DNA from: a virus
Lineage: Duplodnaviria; Caudoviricetes
Reading direction: 5' to 3' (one strand)
DNA: 59,859 bases
IMG/VR virus record: IMGVR_UViG_3300028638_000013
Span: 1 to 59,859 of that record
Below the pieces are notes generated by a model. The model searched no databases. It had not been told where the DNA came from and was given only the letters and a program-made list of their open reading frames with translations. Shown piece after piece: positions 10,379-19,679 of the stretch. The first letter of the stretch is position 1. Each line of letters starts with the position of its first letter. The position numbers were made by a program, and so were the translations under genes.

Positions 10379-10590
10379 ATCAGTATTATTTCACGCCTTG
10401 CAATCCAACCTGTGAACACTATGACAGATCAAAGGCGTGCAATCCACAATGCGAAAGGAAAGTAAGGTACCTCGAAGTAAAAAAAGCCATCGTCGACGAA
10501 AGAAAAAGTAAAGAGCTTTATAACGACTTCAAGTCGGAGGCGATTCGATACACCAACGTCATGAGGAAGAATAAACGAAAGGGGATGTGA
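10375..10590 (+). CDS. Small Cys-rich hypothetical protein
   Basis: ATGA overlap with recU; PCNPTC...CNPQC. Confidence 0.6.
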   Translation: MNQYYFTPCNPTCEHYDRSKACNPQCERKVRYLEVKKAIVDERKSKELYNDFKSEAIRYTNVMRKNKRKGM

Positions 10591-11033
10591 GCATGAAGCA
10601 CTTTCAAACAGTTATACTTGCCCTCGTCATTGCCACCATGCCGCCACAGTATCGCCTGTACGAGCCGATCAACGCCACAATCGACGCACCGGTCCAAATA
10701 CAGAACAAAGAAGCCACAGAGGCGCAAATAAGCGCTGGCGTATTTGAAATCACAGCGTACACAGCCGGACCAGAATCAACCGGGAAAGTGCCCGGCGATC
10801 CCAAGTATGGGATAACGGCAAGTGGCAAAACAGTCGAGGAAGGAGTCACCATTGCTGCCGACTGGACTATCCTACCGAAAGGCACAAGGGTATACATTCC
10901 GGGAGTAGGTGAGAGGGAAGTGCAAGACAAAGGCGGAGCCATAAAAGGGAATAAAATTGACATTTACATGAGTGACCTCAATGCAGCCATAGAGTGGGGG
11001 CGACGAGAATTAGAGGTTTTTATTTTGCCGTAA
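10587..11033 (+). CDS. 3D-domain (MltA-like) exported protein
   Basis: Signal-like N-terminus; ITAY, GITASG, IAAD, QDKGGAIKGNKIDIY. Confidence 0.9.
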   Translation: MSMKHFQTVILALVIATMPPQYRLYEPINATIDAPVQIQNKEATEAQISAGVFEITAYTAGPESTGKVPGDPKYGITASGKTVEEGVTIAADWTILPKGTRVYIPGVGEREVQDKGGAIKGNKIDIYMSDLNAAIEWGRRELEVFILP

Positions 11034-11035
11034 GT

Positions 11036-11065
11036 GTTGCAAAAAAGAAGCAAAAAACATAAAAT
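11036..11065 (+). promoter_or_regulatory. sigmaA promoter with overlapping operator
   Basis: TTGCAA-17-TAAAAT; gttgcaaaaaagaagc matches switch operator. Confidence 0.6.
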
Positions 11066-11103
11066 TTAAATTAGGGATAACTCAAAAGAATCGGGGCGGA
11101 AGC

Positions 11104-11529
11104 TTGAAAACATATTACAACGACAGGGAAAGAAAAGCCGTAACAGTGGCGATCATGAGCAACGCCATGATGACCGACATGGTGTCAGTCCACATGAGCA
11201 AGGACGAACGCAAATACCTCAAGATGAGCATATCGTTTTTTCAAAAGTTTCTTACAGAAAGCCTAAAGCGAGTAGGTCCTGCAGAAGGCAAAAACATCGT
11301 CAAAATCGCCAGCAAATCAGTCATGATGGTGGTTCCGCCAAAAGAGGTGCCAAATGTACCATTTGCGGCTATGGATATTCACATTTTGGCTCCCGGAGTG
11401 ATTGAAGCATACTGCAGAAACTGCAACAAAGACGCCGTAAAGATCAAAGAATGCGACATCCTCAATCTATTCAAACGAGCAAACGTACCAACCGCAGACC
11501 GTCACAAGGAATGCGAATACAAATACTAG
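11104..11529 (+). CDS. Hypothetical phage protein
   Basis: ORF directly after promoter; C-terminal Cys cluster. Confidence 0.6.
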   Translation: MKTYYNDRERKAVTVAIMSNAMMTDMVSVHMSKDERKYLKMSISFFQKFLTESLKRVGPAEGKNIVKIASKSVMMVVPPKEVPNVPFAAMDIHILAPGVIEAYCRNCNKDAVKIKECDILNLFKRANVPTADRHKECEYKY

Positions 11530-11541
11530 GAGGGGCAAACA

Positions 11542-11955
11542 ATGAATTTTGTAGCATTAACAGGGCGACTAGTAAAGGACCCAGAACTTAGGTACATACC
11601 ATCCGGAAAGGCTGTCTGCAACTTCACACTAGCCGTTGATAAGTCGCTCACCAGAGACAAAAAGGAAGAGCTGCAGCGACAAAGCAAACCAACAGCAGAC
11701 TTTATCCGGATTGTCATTTGGGGAAAACCAGCAGAAAGTGCAGCGAAATACCTCGCGAAAGGGAGAAAAATCGCTATTGAAGGCAGCATAGCGACGTCAA
11801 CCTACGAAGACCAAAACGGTCAAAAGCGATACAGTACGGATGTCTTCGCAAACCACATCGAGTACCTCGAAAAATCAGCAAATCAAGCAGCACCGGAGCA
11901 CGAGCATGATGATTTTATGCCAGCTAGCTTCGGCGATGAGGAGGTACCATTCTAA
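11542..11955 (+). CDS. ssb: Single-stranded DNA-binding protein
   Basis: LTGRLVKDPELRY, ADFIRIVIWGK, acidic tail DEEVPF. Confidence 0.97.
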   Translation: MNFVALTGRLVKDPELRYIPSGKAVCNFTLAVDKSLTRDKKEELQRQSKPTADFIRIVIWGKPAESAAKYLAKGRKIAIEGSIATSTYEDQNGQKRYSTDVFANHIEYLEKSANQAAPEHEHDDFMPASFGDEEVPF

Positions 11956-11956
11956 C

Positions 11957-12364
11957 ATGGTGGTTTATTTGGCCGGAAAAATGAGTGGGCTCACCCGAGA
12001 TGAGATGAAAAAATGGAGAAACGAAGCCAAAGGTAAGATCAAAGGCGCGACCATGGACCCAACAGAAACTAACTTTTCAACGTTTGAGGTGGCGGAGATC
12101 GTCGCCTCGAACAAAATGATGATCAATCGCAGCGATATTGTCCTGGCCGAATTTACGCACAAGGAACACAGTATCGGTACCATTGGCGAAGTGGTCTACG
12201 CACATACCATAGGGAAGCCAGTGGTCGCATTCGGACGACCCGAAATAATCGCAAACCCATGGATTATGGGGCACATTACAGCCGGGTATGAAAATCTCCA
12301 TGAAGCGGTGGACTTCGTGAACAAACTATCGACAGGGATTATCAGTGAAGCCCGGCAGAAGTAA
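11957..12364 (+). CDS. Nucleoside 2-deoxyribosyltransferase-like protein
   Basis: VYLAGKM, SDIVLA, SIGTIGEVVYA, GKPVVAF. Confidence 0.8.
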   Translation: MVVYLAGKMSGLTRDEMKKWRNEAKGKIKGATMDPTETNFSTFEVAEIVASNKMMINRSDIVLAEFTHKEHSIGTIGEVVYAHTIGKPVVAFGRPEIIANPWIMGHITAGYENLHEAVDFVNKLSTGIISEARQK

Positions 12365-12650
12365 AAGCAGGAACAAAAAGTTGACGGATGGCCGCTGTTT
12401 GATTTGCGAATGGCACGGTCATTCGGGTCGTTATGAGACAGATCCACACGAAATCTACGAGGGAAAGAACCGGCAGGAGTCCATCTATTACGGTATGGTT
12501 ATCGACGTGTGCTTTAATCACCATCGCATGATACACGATCAACCGTCACAGGAACTCAACCGGGAGTTAAAACGGTGGGGGCAAAAGCAATTCGAAATAC
12601 TTCATCCAGACATAGAATTTATTCGAGTGTTTGGTAGAAATTATTTATAG
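12345..12650 (+). CDS. HNH-like Zn-binding phage protein
   Basis: CLIC...HEIYEG.NR...CFNHH. Confidence 0.65.
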   Translation: MKPGRSKSRNKKLTDGRCLICEWHGHSGRYETDPHEIYEGKNRQESIYYGMVIDVCFNHHRMIHDQPSQELNRELKRWGQKQFEILHPDIEFIRVFGRNYL

Positions 12651-12660
12651 GGGGATGGGC

Positions 12661-13191
12661 ATGAGCAAAGTGATGAGCGCAAGCGAGATAGCAACTGCCG
12701 CGGCAAAGGAAGCCATCAAAATGTACAAAGAAGAGCAGAAAAAACAGCAGAAAAAGACGGTGCTGCGCAATACTCGCGTTTTACTGAATCATTACAACGA
12801 CCTGAAAAACCACTATGAGCACGCAAAATGCCAGACGAGCGACATTATCGACATCAAGATGGAGGACGGGCGGGTCAGTATTACATCGTCCAAAAACGAA
12901 GAAATCGTCATTGAGTCGATCAAGCGATCCAGAATGGTGACGCTGATCATGCTCAAGCACATAGATGCGAGCCTTGCGCTGCTCCGCATGAAATCAACAG
13001 ATCAACCGGAAAAGTATGAAGTCATTAACGATTTATACATACATCCGATCGACACAGACTGGCAAGAGCGCATCTTCAAAGTGTCTGAAAAGCTTCACAT
13101 CAGCGAGAGCACAGTCCGCAGATGGGAAAAAGACATGATTAACGAACTCGGTGTCTATTTATTCGGAGCCGATGGATTACGTGTTTTCTGA
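12661..13191 (+). CDS. ArpU/RinA-type late transcriptional activator
   Basis: C-terminal sigma4-like HTH SEKLHISESTVRRW; LRNTRVLLNHY; ends LFGADG. Confidence 0.7.
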   Translation: MSKVMSASEIATAAAKEAIKMYKEEQKKQQKKTVLRNTRVLLNHYNDLKNHYEHAKCQTSDIIDIKMEDGRVSITSSKNEEIVIESIKRSRMVTLIMLKHIDASLALLRMKSTDQPEKYEVINDLYIHPIDTDWQERIFKVSEKLHISESTVRRWEKDMINELGVYLFGADGLRVF

Positions 13192-13224
13192 AAGCCCCAA
13201 GGGGCTTTTAATTTTAATACAAAT

Positions 13225-13282
13225 GATTCTTTAAAGAATTGACTATCTCGCACAAAATGATAAACTGATGCTACAAAGAAAC
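13225..13282 (+). promoter_or_regulatory. sigmaA promoter with two operators
   Basis: gattctttaaagaatt overlapping TTGACT; extended -10 TGATAAACT; second site gatgctacaaagaaac. Confidence 0.7.
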
Positions 13283-13297
13283 GAAAGGGGGATCACA

Positions 13298-13492
13298 ATG
13301 AACAGACCAGAACTTATAAGAATCAGAGCGTATACGCGAAAAAGAAGTTTGATCAAGATGTTAGGGCTTTTCATCGGCGATGGACCACCTATGCACTACT
13401 GGACAGAGACGAACGGCATACATGGAAGAATGGAGGATGAAAATGCATCGATTCAAAGTCAAGCGCGGCGACATAACGAAGGAGAACGTTGA
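13298..13492 (+). CDS. Small hypothetical protein
   Basis: GGGGG RBS directly after promoter. Confidence 0.45.
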   Translation: MNRPELIRIRAYTRKRSLIKMLGLFIGDGPPMHYWTETNGIHGRMEDENASIQSQARRHNEGER

Positions 13493-13979
13493 TGCGATAG
13501 TAAACGCGGCAAACGAAGCATTGCAAGGCGGCAGCGGAGTGGACGGAATGGTGCACGAAGCAGCAGGCCCGAAATTACTCCGGGCGTGCCAGAACATTGG
13601 TGGATGCCCAACGGGGACAGCGGTCATAACGCCGGGGTTTAACCTCCATGCAAAGTACATCATTCACACAGCGGGCCCGGTCTGGCGTGGTGGACACCTT
13701 AGAGAAGAAGCACTGCTGGCATCGTGCTATAGAAGCAGCCTACAAGTAGCCGTCGACAACGGAATTAAAACTATCGCTTTTAGCTCGATCAGCACAGGTG
13801 CATACAGCTACCCACTTAGAGGCGCAGCGAGAGTCGCAATCAAAGCCATCGCAGAATTTCTTGCGACCGACGATCAACTTGAGGCAGTGACCATGGTGTG
13901 CTTTGGAAGAGAAACAACTGGCATCTACGAATCTGAGATCGAAAGGTACAAAGAAAAACACACAAGGGAGATCGGGTAA
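13443..13979 (+). CDS. Macrodomain ADP-ribose hydrolase (YmdB/MacroD-like)
   Basis: GDIT, DAIVNAAN, GGSGVDG, IIHTAGPVW, ISTGAYSYP. Confidence 0.93.
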   Translation: MHRFKVKRGDITKENVDAIVNAANEALQGGSGVDGMVHEAAGPKLLRACQNIGGCPTGTAVITPGFNLHAKYIIHTAGPVWRGGHLREEALLASCYRSSLQVAVDNGIKTIAFSSISTGAYSYPLRGAARVAIKAIAEFLATDDQLEAVTMVCFGRETTGIYESEIERYKEKHTREIG

Positions 13980-14293
13980 TGTACGCAAAGCCGAAAATCG
14001 AATTTAGCACAAGAACCAGAGCACTCAACATGGTAGACGAAGAAAGAGAACGGCAGGAGGCCAAATGGGGAGAACAGAACCATAAGCCGCAGTACTGGGT
14101 CGGCATTTTAGGCGAAGAATACGGCGAATATTGCCAAGCGGTCAACGAGACGGTGTTTGACAACGGGCCAGATGAAAGAAAAAAGGGAGGGCATAAGAAC
14201 ATGATCACTGAATTGACGCACGTCGCAGCTGTGGCAGTCAACGCCATTGAATGCCTGTTAAGAGAGCATGACAAACAAACGAGGCCGGAATAA
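13979..14293 (+). CDS. MazG-like NTP pyrophosphohydrolase
   Basis: ERERQEAKWG, LGEEYGE, ELTHVAAVA. Confidence 0.8.
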   Translation: MYAKPKIEFSTRTRALNMVDEERERQEAKWGEQNHKPQYWVGILGEEYGEYCQAVNETVFDNGPDERKKGGHKNMITELTHVAAVAVNAIECLLREHDKQTRPE

Positions 14294-15102
14294 TGAGGGC
14301 CGTCCTAAGATATCCCGGGTCAAAATGGAGAATAGCCGACTGGATTATTAATCACATGCCCGAACATCACACTTACATCGAGCCGTACTTCGGATCAGGC
14401 GCGGTATTTTTCAAAAAACCACCATCGAATATTGAGTTAATAAACGATATTGATGGGAACATCGTGAATCTTTATCAACTCATTCGAGACGATCCGGAAA
14501 GGCTTGCCAATCTGATATGGTTGACGCCTTATGCAAGAGCTGAGTATGACGCAGCCTTTGATGACGACGAGCGAACAGATCAATTTGAGAAAGCGCGTAG
14601 ATTTTTGATTAAGTGCTGGATGGGCTACGGTTCGAGAATAAGCAGATACCCAGGTGGATGGAAAAACGATGTGGCAGCACGCGAAAGGGCGTACGCACTG
14701 CGGCATTGGAATAACCTCCCGGAATGGTTTGCGGAAGCGTCCGAGAGATTAAAAAACACGCAAATAGACAATCAGCCGGCCATTGACGTAATGAAGCGAT
14801 TCAAACAAAACGGTGTTTTGATATATGCCGATCCGCCATATTTACTCAACACAAGGTCAGGTCTTCAGTATAAACACGAAATGACAAACGCTGATCACAC
14901 AGACATGCTCAGTGTTCTGATTCAACACCCCGGACCGGTCATATTGAGCGGATACGACAACGCCATCTACAACGACGTACTAATCGGATGGGAGAAAAAA
15001 GCCATTAAATCGAACGCGGAGCACGGACTACACCGGATCGAAACGATCTGGCTAAACGAGCAGGCAAAATCATTCCAGATGAAGATAGATCACATTTTGT
15101 AA
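14293..15102 (+). CDS. Dam-family DNA adenine methyltransferase
   Basis: LRYPGSK, EPYFGSG, IND, YADPPY. Confidence 0.93.
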   Translation: MRAVLRYPGSKWRIADWIINHMPEHHTYIEPYFGSGAVFFKKPPSNIELINDIDGNIVNLYQLIRDDPERLANLIWLTPYARAEYDAAFDDDERTDQFEKARRFLIKCWMGYGSRISRYPGGWKNDVAARERAYALRHWNNLPEWFAEASERLKNTQIDNQPAIDVMKRFKQNGVLIYADPPYLLNTRSGLQYKHEMTNADHTDMLSVLIQHPGPVILSGYDNAIYNDVLIGWEKKAIKSNAEHGLHRIETIWLNEQAKSFQMKIDHIL

Positions 15103-15124
15103 GCCCAACAGAGGAGGAGCAACT

Positions 15125-15352
15125 ATGAACGTAAAAGTCACACCATACACGCCCGGAGACAACGGAGTAGCATGCATGCCGCTAAGGAAGAACATCCCAG
15201 ATGCCAGCGAAAAACCAGACTGGAAACTCGTTGTGTGCCCTGTATGCGGCGAAGAGTGCTGGGAAAACGATCTAACGCGACTAGTAATCGCGGACGGGTG
15301 TAGCGCGGCGTGTACAGAATGCGCCTTACGAACCGTATTTGCTGAAAGGTAA
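15125..15352 (+). CDS. Small Zn-finger hypothetical protein
   Basis: CPVCGEEC...CTEC; GGAGG RBS. Confidence 0.65.
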   Translation: MNVKVTPYTPGDNGVACMPLRKNIPDASEKPDWKLVVCPVCGEECWENDLTRLVIADGCSAACTECALRTVFAER

Positions 15353-15365
15353 GAGGTGATCGAGA

Positions 15366-15707
15366 TTGAAAACCATTGACGAATTAAAGAATAGCCCTCG
15401 ATTGCAAATATCCAGCATTGGAAGCGACGGACTAATAGGATGGATCATACACCCGGTGATCAAGCGAGACCTGGTGGTGGTAGCGTCATGGGGCGGAGGA
15501 TGGGAGCACGTCAGTGTTTCATTTAGCCATCGCTGCCCGACTTGGGACGAGATGTGCATAGTCAAAGATTTATTTTGGAACGAGGACGAATGCGTTGTCC
15601 AGTACCATCCGCCGAAAACGGAATACGTCAACAACCACCCACATTGCTTGCACCTTTGGAAAAAGATCGGGTCTGATTTCGAGACGCCACCAAAGCGATT
15701 TGTATAA
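15366..15707 (+). CDS. Conserved phage protein of unknown function
   Basis: GWEHVSVS...CPTWDEMC...HPHCLHLW, a pattern common in phage early regions. Confidence 0.7.
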   Translation: MKTIDELKNSPRLQISSIGSDGLIGWIIHPVIKRDLVVVASWGGGWEHVSVSFSHRCPTWDEMCIVKDLFWNEDECVVQYHPPKTEYVNNHPHCLHLWKKIGSDFETPPKRFV

Positions 15708-15736
15708 CAATGGCAGCAAAAAAAGGAGCGTGAAAA

Positions 15737-16072
15737 ATGGGTAGGTTAACAGAACCAACGATTGGCTGTTTCAAATACACATTAGCAAAACACGAACCAG
15801 TTATAGGTGAATTTGGAACGTATGAAGCATTCTTCGATTACAGCATGGCGGTAAAGCGTTTAGGCGAGTATGAGGATATTGGAACAATTGAGAAGTTAGA
15901 AAAGAATTCGAAGATTGTAAAAACCTTAGAAGCAGCCTTCAGTGAAGGCGCCCTCGTAATAATCCCGGAAAAAATTTACGAAGATCGGATACTTGATAGT
16001 GAATGCGAAATTGAAAATGTAGAGAATCTGATCAATTGGTTTGATTGGATATCAAATGAAAATGAGAGATAG
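15737..16072 (+). CDS. Hypothetical phage protein
   Basis: MGRLT start and RLGEYED motif common in Firmicute phages. Confidence 0.65.
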   Translation: MGRLTEPTIGCFKYTLAKHEPVIGEFGTYEAFFDYSMAVKRLGEYEDIGTIEKLEKNSKIVKTLEAAFSEGALVIIPEKIYEDRILDSECEIENVENLINWFDWISNENER

Positions 16073-16080
16073 AAAGGGAA

Positions 16081-16521
16081 ATGCAAATGGGTGATTTCGG
16101 GAACTACAAGTACGTGAAAACAAAGAAGGAACATCGATGCGTCTATTGCGGCAGAAAAATACCGGCTGGGTTAGAAGTCAGAAACTACAAAGGACGCTTT
16201 GAGGATTTTTGGCAAAACTGGTATACTTGCGGTTTTTGCGAAATGGTCGTAGAGCCTGAATTCAATGAGTATGGCGAAGCAATAAGCGGAGACGAATTCA
16301 ATGAATGGCTAAACAATTTTGGGTTGATTGATGTTTGTCCGAACGGACACGCAGCGCAATACCGACACAGACACGAGTGGGATTGGATAGATGATACGAC
16401 CATCGAAGTAGAGTGCTACAAATGCGAGACAAAATGGACGATCGGAATACCGTTTGAAATTATTGAAAAACAGACACTGATAGAAAGTTTCGAGAGGGAG
16501 GCGCGATCATGGATAAGATAA
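16081..16521 (+). CDS. Cys-rich hypothetical protein
   Basis: KKEHRCVYCG, further CxxC pairs. Confidence 0.65.
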   Translation: MQMGDFGNYKYVKTKKEHRCVYCGRKIPAGLEVRNYKGRFEDFWQNWYTCGFCEMVVEPEFNEYGEAISGDEFNEWLNNFGLIDVCPNGHAAQYRHRHEWDWIDDTTIEVECYKCETKWTIGIPFEIIEKQTLIESFEREARSWIR

Positions 16522-16703
16522 ACGAGTGCGACCATGAGTTTGTTTATATGGAGAGCATCAAGACAGAAAAGCCAGTCAGTTACAGTTACTGTATTGAACT
16601 CAAGAAGGTGGACAGGTTCTTCTGCAAAAAATGCCTACAGCAAAGAGATATTGTCCATCAAAAGGACTTTAACAGAGGCAATGAATACCCAGACTGGTGG
16701 TAG
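16509..16703 (+). CDS. Hypothetical protein
   Basis: CDHEF...FFCKKC; GGAGG RBS. Confidence 0.6.
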   Translation: MDKINECDHEFVYMESIKTEKPVSYSYCIELKKVDRFFCKKCLQQRDIVHQKDFNRGNEYPDWW

Positions 16704-16938
16704 AAAGGGAGTGTGAAGTATTTGATGTATCTTAAATGCCTTAGATGTAAAGCAACATACAAAATTCCAAATTGGATTATGGATAAAATAACCTATCGCG
16801 AATACAGCTATTGCAATGATTGTTTCCGGTTGAAATGCTCAAAAAACAAATCACTTAAAGCTCGTTTATTCACAAGGCGAATGGGTGAAAGTCCATTCAA
16901 TAAGTCATAATTGCCCACTGAGTAGAAAGGGAGTGTGA
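16700..16938 (+). repeat. 17-bp direct repeat gtagaaagggagtgtga flanking ORF 16713-16910
   Basis: Exact copies at 16700-16716 and 16922-16938. Confidence 0.75.
16713..16910 (+). CDS. Small Zn-finger hypothetical protein
   Basis: CLRC...CNDC; AT-rich. Confidence 0.5.
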   Translation: MKYLMYLKCLRCKATYKIPNWIMDKITYREYSYCNDCFRLKCSKNKSLKARLFTRRMGESPFNKS

Positions 16939-16943
16939 GGTAA

Positions 16944-17090
16944 ATGAAAGAATGCGCTGAATGCGAATGGTGTCAATGTTTGGAAGATAGCGAAGGCAGA
17001 ACAATTTATTTTTGTATGGATGCTGATAGTGGCGCTTACCTTTGTGAAACTGGATTATGCGGAAATTGCGGTCTGATGGATGAGGAGTGA
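16944..17090 (+). CDS. Cys-rich 48-aa hypothetical protein (not in ORF track)
   Basis: MKECAECEWCQC...CGNC; GAGG RBS. Confidence 0.55.
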   Translation: MKECAECEWCQCLEDSEGRTIYFCMDADSGAYLCETGLCGNCGLMDEE

Positions 17091-17298
17091 GAAAGTGAAG
17101 ATAAAAAAACTCAATTTAGTCTTTCGCAAGAACATCGGGAACGGAATTTTTCACAATTCAAGACAAGATGTATACACTCTGGCCGACGCACTAGAAAAAG
17201 CGACGAAAAAGATCGATGAGCTCGTTGATGCGGTAAATAGACTGAAAGAGTACACAACTCCGGAAAGCGAGGCAAGTCATGAGGCTACGAAAAGATGA
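17080..17298 (+). CDS. Hypothetical protein (start may be GTG ~17095)
   Basis: Operon packing; coiled-coil C-terminus. Confidence 0.5.
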   Translation: MRSEKVKIKKLNLVFRKNIGNGIFHNSRQDVYTLADALEKATKKIDELVDAVNRLKEYTTPESEASHEATKR

Positions 17299-17470
17299 CC
17301 CGGTGTATTGGCGCAACGAACAAAGCAAATTGATCGCAAAAGCTGAAGAGAACGGGATAGAAGTATACCTGGCATTCGATCTTAATCAAAAGCCGCGCAT
17401 CACTTTTCACGATATACAGACTGGCGAAGCTGCAGGAGCCGTGATTCAGAAAAAGAACCAACGAAAGTGA
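17279..17470 (+). CDS. Hypothetical protein
   Basis: Operon packing. Confidence 0.55.
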   Translation: MRLRKDDPVYWRNEQSKLIAKAEENGIEVYLAFDLNQKPRITFHDIQTGEAAGAVIQKKNQRK

Positions 17471-17480
17471 GTGATAACGG

Positions 17481-17825
17481 ATGATTTTTAATATTCCGAG
17501 ACATGAGAATTGTTCAAACTGCGGTAAATGCTGCGGACCAGTCCCGGTCACAACGGAAGAGATCGAATTGATCAGAAGATACCTTGGCGATCATCCGGAA
17601 GCGAGAAAATCGACGAAAAGTAAAAGGGACCATCAGAGCTGTGTGTTCAGGGATGAAGATGAGAAGAAGTGCACCATTTATCCGGTTCGCCCCATGATCT
17701 GCAGATTAATGGGCGTCACCAAAGGCATGACATGCGCCAACGGAAACACGCACGAGATCGACGGAAGGCCATTCGTAAAGAAGAAACCAGCCGGCATCTG
17801 GATGGTGAACAGCATTGAGTGGTGA
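17481..17825 (+). CDS. YkgJ/CxxCxxCC zinc- or iron-chelating protein
   Basis: CSNCGKCC...CVF...CTIYPVRPMICR. Confidence 0.88.
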   Translation: MIFNIPRHENCSNCGKCCGPVPVTTEEIELIRRYLGDHPEARKSTKSKRDHQSCVFRDEDEKKCTIYPVRPMICRLMGVTKGMTCANGNTHEIDGRPFVKKKPAGIWMVNSIEW

Positions 17826-17829
17826 GATT

Positions 17830-18003
17830 ATGAGAAACACGGACGTGCCAGCCAACTGCTCGGGTTGTCATTATTTCGGCCAGCTATACTCGAAACAAGG
17901 CGAAAAATTCATAGCCGAGTACATTGGACGATGTCTTGCAAAGCACGGAGGACGTATCATATCAAACTCAAAGAAACCATGCGAGCAATTCCAGAGAAAA
18001 TAA
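17830..18003 (+). CDS. Small Cys-rich hypothetical protein
   Basis: CSGCHYF...GRC...CEQF. Confidence 0.5.
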   Translation: MRNTDVPANCSGCHYFGQLYSKQGEKFIAEYIGRCLAKHGGRIISNSKKPCEQFQRK

Positions 18004-18095
18004 AATTAAGCAAGTCACCTTTTTAGGTTCCCATTTCTCAGCCGAAATGGTGTATAATTTCATTCAAGATACAAAATAAAAAGGTGGATATCGAA

Positions 18096-18722
18096 ATGAG
18101 CGACTGGATGAAATTATTGCCAGAGAGCATACTGGAAAAATACGAAGTGCATAACATCAACCATGCCGCAGAAATATTGACACAAGCATACCCGAATGAT
18201 TTTGCAGAAATCGTAGCTGCACTTGAAACATTCTGGATCAACGAAGAAGACCTCGTGGCAGGTGGTGGAAGCGAATCGGCGATACCTAAAAAATTCGGGA
18301 CATTCCTACACCCAAAAGGATGGGACGAAGTAAAAATAACCGGCGATCTCCTCGTTAAGCAGCACAGGCGACATACACAGCAACTGAAAGAACATACCAT
18401 CGAAAATTTTATTGACGGGCACAATATTGATTTTGTTAAAGGGAAAGTGGCATTCGACCTCGAATGGAACAGTAAGGACCAGACATTTGATCGCGACCTT
18501 TATGCCTTTAGGACGTTTCACGAGTGCGGAATCATAGCATGCGGCGTCATCGTAACACGTAGCGAATCGCTCAATCAGATTTTCAATCAACTTGGCATTA
18601 AAGCAAAGTACGGAGCCAGCACGACATGGATGGGAAAACTGCTACCAAGAATCAAAGCCGGCAGGCATGGTGCATGCCCGTTGCTTATCATTGGAATAAC
18701 ACAGAAGGCGATGGCAAGATAA
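18096..18722 (+). CDS. BglII/BstYI-family restriction endonuclease
   Basis: GGGSES, HNIDFVK, DLEWNSKDQTFDRDL, KYGASTTW. Confidence 0.8.
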   Translation: MSDWMKLLPESILEKYEVHNINHAAEILTQAYPNDFAEIVAALETFWINEEDLVAGGGSESAIPKKFGTFLHPKGWDEVKITGDLLVKQHRRHTQQLKEHTIENFIDGHNIDFVKGKVAFDLEWNSKDQTFDRDLYAFRTFHECGIIACGVIVTRSESLNQIFNQLGIKAKYGASTTWMGKLLPRIKAGRHGACPLLIIGITQKAMAR

Positions 18723-18736
18723 ATAGGAGGCAACAA

Positions 18737-19390
18737 ATGAATGCAAAAAAGAACAACAATAACTACCACAATGAAAACGGCCTAATTGAATTTTGCGATG
18801 GGGCCAAATTCAAAACAATATTAGCGGACCCGCCGTGGCAGTTTCAGAACAGAACAGGTAAAGTATCACCAGAACACAAAAGGCTGAACAGATACCCGAC
18901 CATGGCGCTTGATGATATAAAAAATATGCCAGTGGATCAGGTGGCTGATGAAACAGCACATTTATATCTTTGGGTGCCAAACGCCCTGCTCCCTCAAGGA
19001 TTAGAGGTTATGGCAGCATGGGGATTTAATTACAAAGGCAATATCATCTGGGAGAAAGTCAGAAAAGATGGTCAACCCGATGGGCGTGGGGTAGGCTTTT
19101 ATTTCAGGAATGTTACAGAAATGCTTCTCTTCGGTGTTAAAGGGAACAACGCCAGAACACTAGCACCGGCACGCAGTCAGGTAAATATTTTGAGAACACA
19201 GAAACGAGAGCATTCAAGAAAACCAGACGAAATCTTTGAAATAATCGAGAATTGCAGCAATGGTCCATTCTTAGAACTGTTTGCAAGAGGGACACGCCCT
19301 GGGTGGGTCCTTTGGGGCAATCAGGCAGACAGCGAATATGAACCAGACTGGGCGACTTACAAGAATGCATCAAGTACAGAAGCACTATGA
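18737..19390 (+). CDS. MT-A70 family N6-adenine methyltransferase
   Basis: ILADPPW, HLYLWV, REHSRKP, LELFAR. Confidence 0.93.
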   Translation: MNAKKNNNNYHNENGLIEFCDGAKFKTILADPPWQFQNRTGKVSPEHKRLNRYPTMALDDIKNMPVDQVADETAHLYLWVPNALLPQGLEVMAAWGFNYKGNIIWEKVRKDGQPDGRGVGFYFRNVTEMLLFGVKGNNARTLAPARSQVNILRTQKREHSRKPDEIFEIIENCSNGPFLELFARGTRPGWVLWGNQADSEYEPDWATYKNASSTEAL

Positions 19391-19393
19391 AAT

Positions 19394-19423
19394 AAAAGCA
19401 GGCTAATCAGCCTGCTATTTTTA
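19394..19423 (+). terminator. Rho-independent terminator after R-M cassette
   Basis: agcaggct-aatc-agcctgct + T-run. Confidence 0.7.
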
Positions 19424-19448
19424 TAAAAAAGAGTAGGAGGGGAAACTG

Positions 19449-19679
19449 ATGAACGAAGTACTAAGGGCAGTTTGGGAATATATTTATTACAACTGGGAAA
19501 CAATCGTCGTCATGGGTATAGCCTACATGTATGGTAAGCACGAAGGGAGAACCGCGGGACAAAAGGAAGCAGGCGAAGAGATCAAGCGGCTGCAGGGCCT
19601 CGTTGAAACCATGGCCACGGCAAAAAGCAAGTGGTCATTTAATCCGGAAGAAGAAATGCAGGCAATCCGCAAAGGATAA
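19449..19679 (+). CDS. Small membrane-anchored hypothetical protein
   Basis: Hydrophobic N-terminal segment; AGGAGG RBS. Confidence 0.6.
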   Translation: MNEVLRAVWEYIYYNWETIVVMGIAYMYGKHEGRTAGQKEAGEEIKRLQGLVETMATAKSKWSFNPEEEMQAIRKG

